A stretch of 62,904 nt of DNA, counting the filler, from Guillardia theta CCMP2712 (taxonomy: Eukaryota > Protista > Cryptophyta): assembly GCF_000315625.1 (NCBI RefSeq). It is 7 parts of 7 records of this genome, joined end to end, with 100 filler letters (N's around TTAATTAATTAA, not from the genome) between each part and the next. Parts side by side here need not be neighbours in the genome. Positions count along the whole stretch, not along the records: positions 50,330 to 54,481 come from NW_005434476.1; positions 54,582 to 58,711 come from NW_005434129.1; positions 58,812 to 62,904 come from NW_005434121.1; 4 more parts are not named here. One strand, written 5' to 3'. Below the pieces are notes generated by a model, which was not told the DNA's origin, searched no databases, and worked only from the letters and a program-made list of their open reading frames with translations. Each line of letters begins with the position of its first letter. The stretch's first letter is position 1. Both the position numbers and the translations under genes were made by a program. This document shows positions 51,222-62,904 of the stretch, piece by piece.

Positions 51222-52538
51222 CGACGACGACCCCCCATGATGGTGATGATGACGATGACGATGATGATTAGAAGACAACAAGCAGTGGCCTCAAAGTACC
51301 TCGGGACGTTCATCTGGTTGAAGATGGTCCATTTCTCTGCCATGTTCTCTCAATGTCTGACATCGACCAACAGGACAAGTCAAGACCATCCTGCCGGTTG
51401 AGCATCAAACTCCATCGTACACCAAGTGACCGTCTCCTCCTCCTGCTCGTTTCTGCATCAGCAGGGCATCAGCAGCAAACGCAAGCAACCGATGATGTAG
51501 GTCAGCCCTTGGTGATGCCAAGCCTGTTCCACGCCCATCAGTCACTCCTCCTGCTCCTCCTGCTCCTCTCTCGTGTCCCCCTTCCCTCTCCCTCCTTCTT
51601 TCATGCTCGTGACCTCCTCCCCCTCCCCTCCCCCCCAGCTCCTCCTCTTACAGCTGCGCCATGTAGCGGCATCGGCAGGTCGGGCAGCTTGCCCCAGAGC
51701 GAGGAAAATTGCCTAGGAGATGCAGTGAGAGACGAAGTATGAGTCAGGAGGGAGGGTAAGGGAGAGGAAAAGAAATCAGCATGAGGAGGAGCAGGAGAAG
51801 TGGATACCTGCGGATCATCGGGCTCTCCAACTTCAAGCTCTCGTTGACGAGCTGCGGAAGGAGGAGGAAGAAGCGGGAGGGCAGGGAGTAGCAGGAGGAG
51901 GAGGAGGAGGAGGGGGAGAGAAAGAGTCCAGTCAGCAGCAGGTTGCAGGAGCGTTTGCAAGTACGTAGAGCACTCCACGGGAGTCATCGAAGAGCCTTGA
52001 AGATTTGTTGCCGCCCTGAAGGTTCTCAGAGACAAGAGGAGACGAGGCAAAAGTTACGATATCGATCATGTCGAGGAGCGCTGCTTCGTTGACTTCTGAA
52101 GCTGCAAGCAAGGATTAAGAGAGGGAGGGAGGGAGTAAGGAGGAGGAGGAGGAGGAGGAGGATGAGGACGAAGATGATGATGAGGATGAGGTGGTGGTGG
52201 AGGAGGATGAGGATGAGGATGATGATGATGATGATGAGGTGGTGGTGGTTCAGGAGGAGGAGGAGAAGGGTGAGGGAAGTTGAGGAAGAGAGGAGGAGAG
52301 GGAGGAGTAGCAGCAAGGATCAAGGAGAATTGGAGGGATGGAGTGAGGAAGGAAAGGAGGGGAAAGTAGGAGAGGATTGGACATTACGAGGGGACGAGGA
52401 AGTGAGTAGGGTACCTGACTCCTCTGAGGTCGAACTTAGATATTCTCTCAGGGATCTGTTGGTAGGGATGATGTCTTCAGCAACCTGTCGATCTCTTTAC
52501 TTTGCTTCCAAAATTCTCCGTATCTTTCACCTCTGAAA

Positions 52539-52572
<34 letters not shown>

Positions 52573-52884
52573 CACCCCCTCCTCCTCGTATGTTCCTCCA
52601 CTCATGGGCTCGTCGTATCCTCCCCTGCAACGTCGAGTCGAAGAGGCGAGAAAGGAGCTCGTGACTCGGGGGAGGAGGCAGAGCTGTTGAGGTTTGAGTT
52701 GATGATGCGCATGGCGATGTAGCTTGGCTGGAGGGGACAGACTGATGGAGGGTGAGATGGTGAGGCTCAGGAGATGGAGTAAGAGGAGGAGTGAGAGGCA
52801 GCGAGAGTTCTTTGAGCGAGAAGCTGCTAGAGGAATCAGGCAAGGAAGGGAATGACGCCGAGCCAAGGATCTTGGAAGCTTCAT
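50330..52884 (-). CDS. Kelch-repeat protein, multi-exon with microsatellite-filled introns, 3'-truncated
   Basis: WGKLPDLPMPLHGAA; WTIFNQMNVPR; HHAGAQLGDEFWVTGGFDG; WMIRPELPEDRCYHAAVTLDGCIY; VVRLDPRSGQGWTSCPPMRTAR. Start approximate. Confidence 0.8.
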
Positions 52885-53727
52885 GGTGAGACCGCAAGTA
52901 TGTGCAGAGAGGAAAAGGACAAGGAGGAGAGGCAGGGGGTTGGAGGAGGGGAGGAGGAGAGGCAGGGGTGGGGTGGGGGGTGGGGGTGGGCAGGAGGAGA
53001 GGCAGGGGTGGGGTGGGGGTGGGGGTGGGGTGGCAGGAGGAGCAGGAGGAGGAGGATCAGGTTATGTGCATTACGGACGCAACCAGATAGTCTTTACTCA
53101 AAGTTAAGTAAAAAATTACTGAGGCGAGCTTGATAATTTAGGATTTGTCAGTGAAACGGGACCCGGACCCTGAGTTTCCCCGAGGCCCGGAAGGATATGA
53201 GGGAGATGATTCGACAATTTTGTAACGGTTGGGATCCCGCGCACACAATGGGGGACGGGGCGGTGACTGAGGATGAGGATGCTGAGGAGAGGAGGAGGAG
53301 GAAACATGGGGCTGAAGGGACAGGGAAGATTGAGAAGAGGAAGAGGAGGAGAAGCAGGATGAATGCGATCATAGCGGTGAGCTGTAGTCTTCATCGGTCG
53401 ATCAGCATTTGCGAGGATGGATGGAGGAAAGGCGGAGGGAGAGGGAGGGGGAGTTATGTAGGTGCTCAAGGAGGATTTCATAGCCTGTGGTGTTTCATGT
53501 GAGGGTAGATGGAGCCTGAACGCAGCAGCCGATCAAACTTTGATCTGAGGAAGGAAGAAAGGTGTTGGGGCCGGGAGGGGTAGGAGACAGTACAGTGTCG
53601 TCCCTCCTATCCTTCTTGTCCAAGTTCCTCGTGCTCTTCCCGTCTTGTCACTTCGACTGACCTCATCTCGCAGGGATGAGACGGGCGTGACGTCAACTGA
53701 TCGGGCTAGGATGCGAGCTACCACCAG

Positions 53728-54481
53728 ATGAACTTCGTCGACGCTCCTCTTTCTGCCGACCCAGGCGACGAGCTCAGGGGCCTGAGCTCGCATGGGGGAG
53801 GTGAAAGTGCCAACAGACGAGGAGGAGGAGGAGGAGGAGATGGAAGTAGACCCTTCTCTAGGGGCTGGAGGTGCCCTAGGGCGGTTTCATCAAACTTCTC
53901 TCTGGTCCTCCGCCTCGTTATCCTCCTTATCCTGCTCGAGCCCCGCAGCGTCCAGTCCTCCCATGCCAAGTGCGAGCTTGTCCTTGCGAGTTGGAACCCG
54001 CAGAAGCTGCGGGAGATGATGGAGATCTCTCGAGTCCTCAACATCCGCGTGCGCAAGGCGGAGGAGGAGGGCGTTGCTCGGGGCCCCGTGACCCCAGCCG
54101 ACCTGGTGGAGGACAGCAAGCTGAAGGCCATGCACGTGATGCGGAAGACGGGGAAGGCTGCCATGGCAGACTGCGCAGTCCTGAAGGTGCCGGTGTTGAG
54201 AGATGCTCCTGGATTTGAGGTGAGGAGGAGGAGAGAGAGAGAGGGGGAGGGAGGGGGAGTGGAGAACGTTCGGAGGGGGAGGTCTCCTCGCACGGAGCCT
54301 ATTGGGAACTTCCAATCGTAGCGGAGAAGGAGGTGCAGACTACCTTCCTCCTTCTTATCCGCCTTCCCTTCTCCTTCGCTCTCGGGTGATACTTCCAACC
54401 TAAAGTGAGAATCCATTGTGGTTACCTGCTTGGGTAACTTCGAGACGGGATACAAATGGGTCTAGTGGATCCTTTCTCCTA
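53728..54481 (+). CDS. Divergent Ham1/ITPase-fold protein with hydrophobic leader, 3'-truncated
   Basis: ELVLASWNPQKLREM...LVEDSKLKAMHVMRKTGKAAMADCAVLKVPVLRDAPG parallels Ham1 LVLAS.N..KLRE...ENA.LKA....TG.PA.ADDSGL.V.AL.GAPG. Confidence 0.7.
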
Positions 54482-55636
54482 NNNNNNNNNNNNNNNNNNN
54501 NNNNNNNNNNNNNNNNNNNNNNNNNTTAATTAATTAANNNNNNNNNNNNNNNNNNNNNNNNNNNNNNNNNNNNNNNNNNNNGAGCGAGGGAGTGTGAGAG
54601 CGGGCTGGCGGTCTGCGGGTCCATGTCAGCGCACCAGCGCCAAGGCGGCGATGGCGTCGATACACCAACTGTACAGTATGAACGATGAGGGTACGCACGG
54701 GAGAGCGTGCAGAGCGAGAGGGCAGGCAGCGGATCTCGCGTGGGCGGCGCTTTGCGAGGGCTGGGTGCCGCTGGGTGCCCGAGCTGCCTTGCGAGAGCTG
54801 GTCTGGATTCGTCCTAGACGACGCTCGCAGAGCGCGGCGCTCTAGGCTGGAGACTGGCTTGCCTACGCGGGGAGGTCAGAAGGGCCTGATGCGGAGGTGA
54901 CGTGGTCTGATAGGGCTCTAGTGTCGCTGCAGCCTTGGGACCGGCCTGGGCATGCAAGATGAGCCTCCAACGAGGTCGAGCGTGCGGCGGGGACCTAATA
55001 CTACCGAAGTAGGCTTTGATGAGAATGAAACTAGAGATACAAGGCGGTGGTCGTAGCATTGTTGCGATGTTGCATGCGCATGACGGGCATGTCTTGTGTG
55101 TGAGCGAGTATCATGATGTGAGGCTGAGCGGCTGGTAGGACGTGCGTAGCAGCAGGGGACTCTCACGTCTCACACTGCAGACTCGGAGCTTCGAGGTCAA
55201 GGAGGTCAGATAGCCGCTACCCTTATCCAGAGCAGGTCACGAGTCACAACTGCTCGTGAGCGCGCCTCAGGACAGAAGTTGACAAGCCGGAGCGCGGGAA
55301 ACTTAACCGCAGCAGCTGTTAAAAAACAAGCACTGCCGATCCGAAGAACCAAGTCCGACAATCAGCAGATGTGAACCGACTCGGAATCATCTTCCTTTTT
55401 TTGCCGCAGAAAGTGAACATCTTGTAGTAAAGCTGTATTTTGATACACCGGTGCCCGCCCGTACAAGCTGCGCGGGTAGGGGTACTCGATGCTACGGGTG
55501 ATTTCATCACCTGCATAGGGGGTAGGGGGTAGTCGACCACCAGCCAGGCCTCCGAAACTCGCGTGACTGCTTCCCCATTTCGGGGAGTAGTAGGGTGCGT
55601 TAAAAAGAAACCCTCCCGGGCACTGACATCCTCTGA

Positions 55637-56282
55637 ATGCTTCCCTGCTGCCTCCCACGTGCTCCCTCCTCCTCCGAGCTCGCTGCCGCTATGCTTCCGG
55701 AGCCGGAGGACGACGACCTGCTCCGACTGTCCTATCACCGATGGCCTCTCGATGCTTGGGACCTGATCGGCACTCCTTCCGAGTCCGAGGAGGCTCCTCA
55801 CACGCCCTCGTCGCCGGCGAGCTCGGGGCCCGAGGCGAGCAGCCTGAGCCTGAGATGGTCGGACAAGGAGTGGGGAGGGGGCGGAGAGGAGTTTGAGAGC
55901 TGCTGCTGGCTGGAGCCGCTGGAGCCGTCAGCGGCCGAGCCGGATCGGGGAGGGGGAGCGGAGGAAGCCCCGGGGCTTGTCGCCGCCCTCACGGACTTGG
56001 ACGGCCTTGTCGGGCCCCGCAAGAGGCGAGCCTGGACGGAGGAGGAGCGGGGAGCGCACAGCAAGGCTTGTCACGGCAAGTCCAAGCTGTCGCTCATGCA
56101 GAAGCTGGAGATCATCGAGCTCTACGAGACCACGACATGGATGAGCCAGACGGAGATCGCGGCGATCTTCGGCCGGAGCCGGTCGGCGATCTCCAAGATC
56201 CTGAGGCCGGAGAGCGTGCGGAAGCTGAAGCAGGCGACGGCGCAGAGGGGCGGGGTAGACGTGAGGCGGACCAGGCTGACAT
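55637..56282 (+). CDS. CENP-B N-terminal / Psq-type HTH protein (copy 1, end lies in gap)
   Basis: KSKLSLMQKLEIIELYETTTWMSQTEIAAIFGRSRSAISKILRPE, with a basic NLS-like PRKRRAW. Confidence 0.75.
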
Positions 56283-57347
56283 NNNNNNNNNNNNNNNNNN
56301 NNNNNNNNNNNNNNNNNNNNNNNNNNNNNNNNNNNNNNNNNNNNNNNNNNNNNNNNNNNNNNNNNNNNNNNNNNNNNNNNNNNNNNNNNNNNNNNNNNNN
56401 NNNNNNNNNNNNNNNNNNNNNNNNNNNNNNNNNNNNNNNNNNNNNNNNNNNNNNNNNNNNNNNNNNNNNNNNNNNNNNNNNNNNNNNNNNNNNNNNNNNN
56501 NNNNNNNNNNNNNNNNNNNNNNNNNNNNNNNNNNNNNNNNNNNNNNNNNNNNNNNNNNNNNNNNNNNNNNNNNNNNNNNNNNNNNNNNNNNNGGGCCTGA
56601 TGCGGAGGTGACGTGGTCTGATAGGGCTCTAGTGTCGCTGCAGCCTTGGGACCGGCCTGGGCATGCAAGATGAGCCTCCAACGAGGTCGAGCGTGCGGCG
56701 GGGACCTAATACTACCGAAGTAGGCTTTGATGAGAATGAAACTAGAGATACAAGGCGTTGGACGTAGCATTGTTTCGATGTTGCATGCGCATGACGGGCA
56801 TGTCTTGTGTGTGGGCGAGTATCATGATGTGAGCCTGAGCGGCTGCTAGGACGTGCGTAGCAGCAGGGGACTCTCACGTCTCACACTGCAGACTCGGAGC
56901 TTCGAGGTCAAGGAGGTCAGATAGCCGCTACCCTTATCCAGAGCAGGTCACGAGTCACAACTGCTCGTGAGCGCGCCTCAGGACAGAAGTTGACAAGCCG
57001 GAGCGCGGGAAACTTAACCGCAGCAGCTGTTGAAAAACAAGCACTGCCGATCCGAAGAACCAAGTCCGACAATCAGCAGATGTGAACCGACTCGGAATCA
57101 TCTTCCTTTTTTTGCCGCAGAAAGTGAACATCTTGTAGTAAAGCTGTATTTTGATACACCGGTGCCCGCCCGTACAAGCTGCGCGGGTAGGGGTACTCGA
57201 TGCTACGGGTGATTTCATCACCTGCATAGGGGGTAGGGGGTAGTCGACCACCAGCCAGGCCTCCGAAACTCGCGTGACTGCTTCCCCATGTCGGGGAGTA
57301 GTAGGGTGCGTTAAAAAGAAACCCTCCCGGGCACTGACATCCTCTGA

Positions 57348-58024
57348 ATGCTTCCCTGCTGCCTCCCACGTGCTCCCTCCTCCTCCGAGCTCGCTGCCGC
57401 TCTGCTTCCGGAGCCGGAGGACGACGACCTGCTCCGACTGTCCTATCACCGATGGCCTCTCGATGCTTGGGACCTGATCGGCACTCCTTCCGCGTCCGAG
57501 GAGGCTCCTCACACGCCCTCGTCGCCGGCGAGCTCGGGGCCCGAGGCGAGCAGCCTGAGCCTGAGATGGTCGGACAAGGAGTGGGGAGGGGGCGGAGAGG
57601 AGTTTGAGAGCTGCTGCTGGCTGGAGCCGCTGGAGCCGTCAGCGGCCGAGCCGGATCGGGGAGGGGGAGCGGAGGAAGCCCCGGGGCTGTCGCCGCCCTC
57701 ACGGACTTGGACGGCCTTGTCGGGCCCCGCAAGAGGCGAGCCTGGACGGAGGAGGAGCGGGGAGCGCACAGCAAGGCTTGTCACGGCAAGTCCAAGCTGT
57801 CGCTCATGCAGAAGCTGGAGATCATCGAGCTCTACGAGACCACGACATGGATGAGCCAGACGGAGATCGCGGCGATCTTCGGCCGGAGCCGGTCGGCGAT
57901 CTCCAAGATCCTGAGGCCGGAGAGCGTGCGGAAGCTGAAGCAGGCGACGGCGCAGAGGGGCGGGGTAGACGTGAGGCGGACCAGGCTGACATCCACCAGG
58001 AGGGAGCAGAGCGAGGGAGTGTGA
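57348..58024 (+). pseudogene. HTH gene copy 2 with a 1-nt frameshift
   Basis: ccggggctgt at ~57685 versus ccggggcttgt in copy 1. HTH portion intact, TGA at 58022-58024. Confidence 0.65.
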
Positions 58025-58811
58025 GAGCGGGCTGGCGGTCTGCGGGTCCATGTCAGCGCACCAGCGCCAAGGCGGCGATGACGTCGATACACCAGCTGTA
58101 CAGTATGAACGATCAGAGGGTACGCACGGGAGAGCGTGCAGAGCGAGAGGGCAGGCAGCGGATCTCGCGTGGGCGGCGCTCGGCGGCTGGGTGCCGCTGG
58201 GTGCCCGAGCTGCCTTGCGAGAGCTGGTCTGGATTCGTCCTAGACGACGCTCGCAGAGCGCGGCGCTCTAGGCTGGAGACTGGCTTGCCTACGCGGGGAG
58301 GTCAGAAGGGCCTGATGCGGAGGTGACGTGGTCTGATAGGGCTCTAGTGTCGCTGCAGCCTTGGGACCGGCCTGGGCATGCAAGATGAGCCTCCAACGAG
58401 GTCGAGCGTGCGGCGGGGACCTAATACTACCGAAGTAGGCTTTGATGAGAATGAAACTAGAGATACAAGGCGTTGGACGTAGCATTGTTTCGATGTTGCA
58501 TGCGCATGACGGGCATGTCTTGTGTGTGGGCGAGTATCATGATGTGAGGCTGAGCGGCTGGTAGGACGTGCGTAGCAGCAGGGGACTCTCACGTCTCACA
58601 CTGCAGACTCGGAGCTTCGAGTCAAGGAGTCAGTAGCGCACCCAGGACAAGTTGTTCTGCAAACTATCGGGTAGGAACCATTTCCTTCTTTTTTTTTTTT
58701 TTTTTTCCTTTNNNNNNNNNNNNNNNNNNNNNNNNNNNNNNNNNNNNNNNNNNNNTTAATTAATTAANNNNNNNNNNNNNNNNNNNNNNNNNNNNNNNNN
58801 NNNNNNNNNNN

Positions 58812-61800
58812 CTGCCAGGCAGGGGTAAAGGTGTATTCGTTCAGTGACAGGCAGCGGGCGGGCGTGGGGACTAGAAGACCCCGCGTGGTGCCGAGTGAGC
58901 GGGGGGCAAGCTTTATCGGCAGCTTTCATGACTGAGAGCTTGATGACGTGCCGGCTAGCTCCTCATGGTCGCGGGAACGCAACGATAGAAGCAAGCTTCA
59001 ACGGAAGGGACTGGGTAGAGGTAGCGGGGAGGTTCGAGTATAGAGAGCGATGCCTCATCACGGGGGTGGAGCCTTCGCTCGGACTGATGGGAGGGATCAC
59101 GAGTGTCACGTTGACAGGAGTCGGGTTGAAGGGCCTAGGCAAGAGCCGGTGCCGCATCGGGAGCAGCTGGGGGTCAAGGCTACTGGAGGTTTCAGACGCG
59201 CTTGTGATTTGCGGAGCACCAGAGGGCGGGTGGGGCTCTGTGATGCCTCCGGGAGATGTCGGAGAGGCAGATGGCGGGCGTGTGAAAGGCCTCACGGTAG
59301 GTTTGATGCTGGAAGGAGCTAGTCAGGAGGCGTGCGAAATGAAGGAGGCATACTTTCTGTACTCACCGCTGCGAATAGACAGCGTTTCGCCTTCCAGCTT
59401 GGTACAAGGTCGTCAGACGGTAGTGACGGTGGTCGGACAGACTTTCGATGAGGCCAGGAGGGTAGGATGCAAGTACTCGGAAGCTGCTGGGGCATCCTTG
59501 CAGAGCGGCGCATCCTGGGATACACAGGAAGGGACGGTGATCACGTCGTCCATGGCACTATGCAAGAGTCCCCAGATGTCCGGGAAGAGCGAAGACTTGT
59601 CACTCCAGGTCAGCTACGATGGTGGACAGCTCTCGTCGAGCCGACTGTCGATACGTTATATCCCAGAGCCGACGATTACAAGGCTAGAGCCAAGCGCTGG
59701 GTCAAGCGCAGGCGGCCAGGTGATCACGGTGATTGGGAGCAACATGAGAGCATCCAGGTCGGGCACCTACTGCCTTTTCGGGAACCGAGGTCAGATGCCA
59801 GCCTTGCATGTCACGACCAGCTCGATGGAGTGTGTTTCTGCTCGACAGAGTAGCCCGGCGAATGTGTCGTTTGAGGTTTTGTTTACAGGGGTTGAGACTT
59901 TCACTCGGAGCCAGGTCACCTTTTTGTACATGAATGATAGTACGCCCTTACTGAGGCCGAGCACCGGGCCTACGCGAGGAGGGATAAGCATCTCTGTGTA
60001 CGGCATCTTGCGATTAGAAAGCACTTCTTTGTCAGTGACATGTACCTTTGGTGATCGTCGTGTCAGCGCAATACTCCAGACGAGCTCGCACAATCGTCTG
60101 CGTCCTAGCTCACAGCGAGGAGGAAGGCAGAGCGGGTTTCATCTTCGCGAAGGGTCCCGCGAGCTAGGCTCAGGTCACTTCCTGTATCGTAGACCGAATA
60201 CCTCATTGGGGTATCACCCTTCATAGAACGTTGTAAGGGGAGGGGTGGTCGTAGCTCTGCANNNNNNNNNNNNNNNNNNNNNNNNNNNNNNNNNNNNNNN
60301 NNNNNNNNNNNNNNNNNNNNNNNNNNNNNNNNNNNNNNNNNNNNNNNNNNNNNNNNNNNNNNNNNNNNNNNNNNNNNNNNNNNNNNNNNNNNNNNNNNNN
60401 NNNNNNNNNNNNNNNNNNNNNNNNNNNNNNNNNNNNNNNNNNNNNNNNNNNNNNNNNNNNNNNNNNNNNNNNNNNNNNNNNNNNNNNNNNNNNNNNNNNN
60501 NNNNNNNNNNNNNNNNNNNNNNNNNNNNNNNNNNNNNNNNNNNNNNNNNNNNNNNNNNNNNNNNNNNNNNNNNNNNNNNNNNNNNNNNNNNNNNNNNNNN
60601 NNNNNNNNNNNNNNNNNNNNNNNNNNNNNNNNNNNNNNNNNNNNNNNNNNNNNNNNNNNNNNNNNNNNNNNNNNNNNNTCGCTTCAAGCTGATGGTCAGG
60701 CGACAAGGGAGCAACTCTCAGCAATGATCAACTATCAATCGAGGTACACAACGAAGAGTCCATAATTACCCTGGTACCAAGCCAAGGGCCAGATCGCGGA
60801 GGGACGGTAGTGCGGTTGTACGGAGCTGCGGAGTTCGACGAGAGAACTCGCATCGTATTTGGCCTGGAGGAGTGCAGGATAATAGATGTCCAGGATCAAG
60901 AGCTGTCGTGCCTGTCGCCAGGTCATTTCCTTCCTGGAAATGCGTCTTCAGCTCGAATCAAGGTGACGGCATACTCTTTGGGTATCATGATAGGCTCCAG
61001 GACATTCGAATACCAGAGAGAGGCACAGGTGATCGATATCAACCCCTCATCTGGAGACTTGAGAGGAGGGACCTGGATACAAGTCATTGGTGCACACTTC
61101 AACATGCATACAAGCCTGTCTTGCCGTTTCTCGGCATGGGGAGTATCGGAGCGTGTCACATACGCTTCTCAAGGTCGAGCTCGATGGGAAACCTCGTCGT
61201 CGTTGCAATGCTCGACTCCGGCATGGCCTAAAGTAGGCCTCGTCACTGTTGACATTAGCAACAACGGAGTGGACTACTCAGTGCAGAGCAGGGAGTTCTT
61301 GTACGAGCAAACGCCGACAGTCGTGAACGCCATTGCTACTCGAGCGTTGACGAGCAAAATCGGTGTGGCCAGCTTCCTTGTACATGGGCTGCACTTCTCA
61401 AAGTCGCGGCACCTTCGATGCGCTGGAAGCACAGCAGCGGCTGAGTTTCTGACATCGTCTGCACTGCTCTGTGCGATCCCACTCAAGCAGGAGGGATACA
61501 CTGCCATCGAAGTCACCAACAATGGCCAAGACTACAGCGCCGACGGCTTTGTGTACGATTGGAGCACAGCAGACTCTGATTTCGAAGGCGGGATGATGCT
61601 CACTCCTAGCCATTGGCCAAGCGACGGAGGCACTGTTGTGCAGGTCATGAACCTAAGGGTAGAGAGTACACAAGACGACAGCGTGACATGCAGCTTTGAT
61701 GGGAGCGACACGCCAGGGACAGTGGTGGGGACGAGCCAAGTGAAGTGTGTCAGTCCAACTTTGAGGAAGATGCCGGTAGATAGGTTGATAGGGGAGCTCG

Positions 61801-62904
61801 GGCATCGCGTCCTGGTGGAGGTGAGGTGGGAGAGCAGGAACAAAACAAGAGTCGCAAGATCTTATTATGCATACCATACACGATTGCAAGTTCACGGAAT
61901 CTCACCAAGCTGCGGTCCAACGACAGGCTCAACCCAAGTCGCCGTCACAGGGTCCGGCTTCCTCGAGGTAGCCAGCCTCACCTGCCGCTTCGGCGCGAGT
62001 GTAGGAGATGGTAGCCCAAGCTCCGGCGGTCTGGGCAGCTGGAGGGAGGTACCGGGGAAGTGGCGGTCGTCTACGCTTGTGGGCTGCTCAGCACCCGCAG
62101 CATCCGGAGAGCAGACGATGCAGGTCCAGCTCAGCAACAACGGGGTCGACTTCTCCTCCGCGAGCGCGACCTACACGTACGAGCGAGCCCCTACCGTCAC
62201 ATCGCTGAGCCTCCTTGCCCTTGACGGGAGCTCTGGTCAGGTCGAGCAGGACCACGGACGCACGGTGCGGGTGATCGGGAAGCACTTTGTCGCAAGCCCG
62301 CAGCTGAGGTGCAGCCTGCCGGGGGTCGCCAGATACATCTCTTCTTCCATTGTTCTGTGCCACATCTCTTCTATTTCCGTCAAGAATGTCACTGTGGAAA
62401 TCGCCAACGATGGCGTGTCGTTCTCGGATAGTAGCTTGTTCGTGTCGCTCACAAGTGCTGAGCCTGAGCTTTGTGAACTGGTTACGCTGACTCCTTCCAA
62501 AGGGTCTCTCGATAATGGCGATATTGTTCATGTTTTTATTCACTTGAATAGATCGCATTTCGGACAATCATTCACGTCCAAAATCCTCTTCATGAATGTG
62601 CCCATGCGGTGCCAGCTTGATGAGCAAGTATTACAATTTTCCTGCGAGTTTCCGCTATTGCACCGTTCTCCAACAATACCTGCAAAATCGTATTCTTTTG
62701 CCGACAGGCAATCTTCACATATTCTTGTTGAGATTGAAGCAAATCATCTTAGTCTCCAGTGTGTCAAACAATTCATATACGAACCCAAGCCCAGCATTCA
62801 TTCAGTGGCTCCATCCAGAGTGAGCACAAGTCAGAGGACTGTTTTAGATATCCTAGGATCTGGTTTTACAGATGCACAAGATCTCATGTGTTCTGTTGCG
62901 AGTC
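58812..62904 (+). CDS. Large IPT/TIG-repeat protein, partial, with several frameshifts
   Basis: Repeated units such as ITGVEPSLG..GG.TSVTLTG..CRIG, PTITRLEPSAGSSAGGQVITVIG..CLFG and V.(S/N)NG.D(Y/F)S. Frame changes near 60080 and after 60700. Confidence 0.8.

Larger units (their letters stand above)
54582..58640. repeat. Tandem repeat of ~1.71-kb units (~2.4 copies)
   Basis: Equivalent positions at 54882, 56593 and 58308. Units differ by only a few SNPs and indels. Confidence 0.93.

Noticed and set aside
60060-62904. Programmed frameshifting in the IPT/TIG gene
   Set aside because: Frame breaks cluster near gaps in a small contig; sequencing error or pseudogenisation is more likely.

Overview
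Eukaryotic nuclear DNA, most likely a cryptophyte alga of the Guillardia/Hanusia type. This is inferred from ~45-60 nt GT-AG introns, ASAF-type plastid presequences, RWP-RK genes and 5S-linked rDNA; no database check was possible. The window is seven separate contigs joined by artificial N-TTAATTAATTAA-N linkers, so adjacency across linkers means nothing. Contig 1 (1-23476) is gene-dense: ZPR1, an ABCB half transporter, an ADP-ribosylglycohydrolase of the SelJ/J1-crystallin type, an RsgA GTPase, tRNA-Ile(UAU), a di-ubiquitin-AN1 zinc-finger fusion and a uridine kinase. Contig 2 (23577-35914) is a Ty1/copia LTR retrotransposon in head-to-tail tandem with a shared LTR, inserted in a 1.74-kb host repeat. 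It has an unusual gag-PR / IN-RT-RNaseH two-ORF split, a half-tRNA-type primer binding site and a GTAC-packed U3. Contig 3 (36015-45929) is the edge of an rDNA array (5.8S, 18S, IGS, 5S, truncated 28S), followed by an (AG)n tract and a mosaic of foreign-looking gene fragments. Contig 4 has a convergent RWP-RK paralog pair. Contig 5 has a Kelch gene and a divergent Ham1/ITPase-like gene. Contig 6 is a 1.71-kb tandem repeat encoding a CENP-B/Psq-type HTH. Contig 7 is an IPT/TIG-repeat gene. A ~31-bp motif (CTTTACTCAAAGTTAAGTTAAAAATCAGTAC) recurs in intergenic DNA of three independent contigs.
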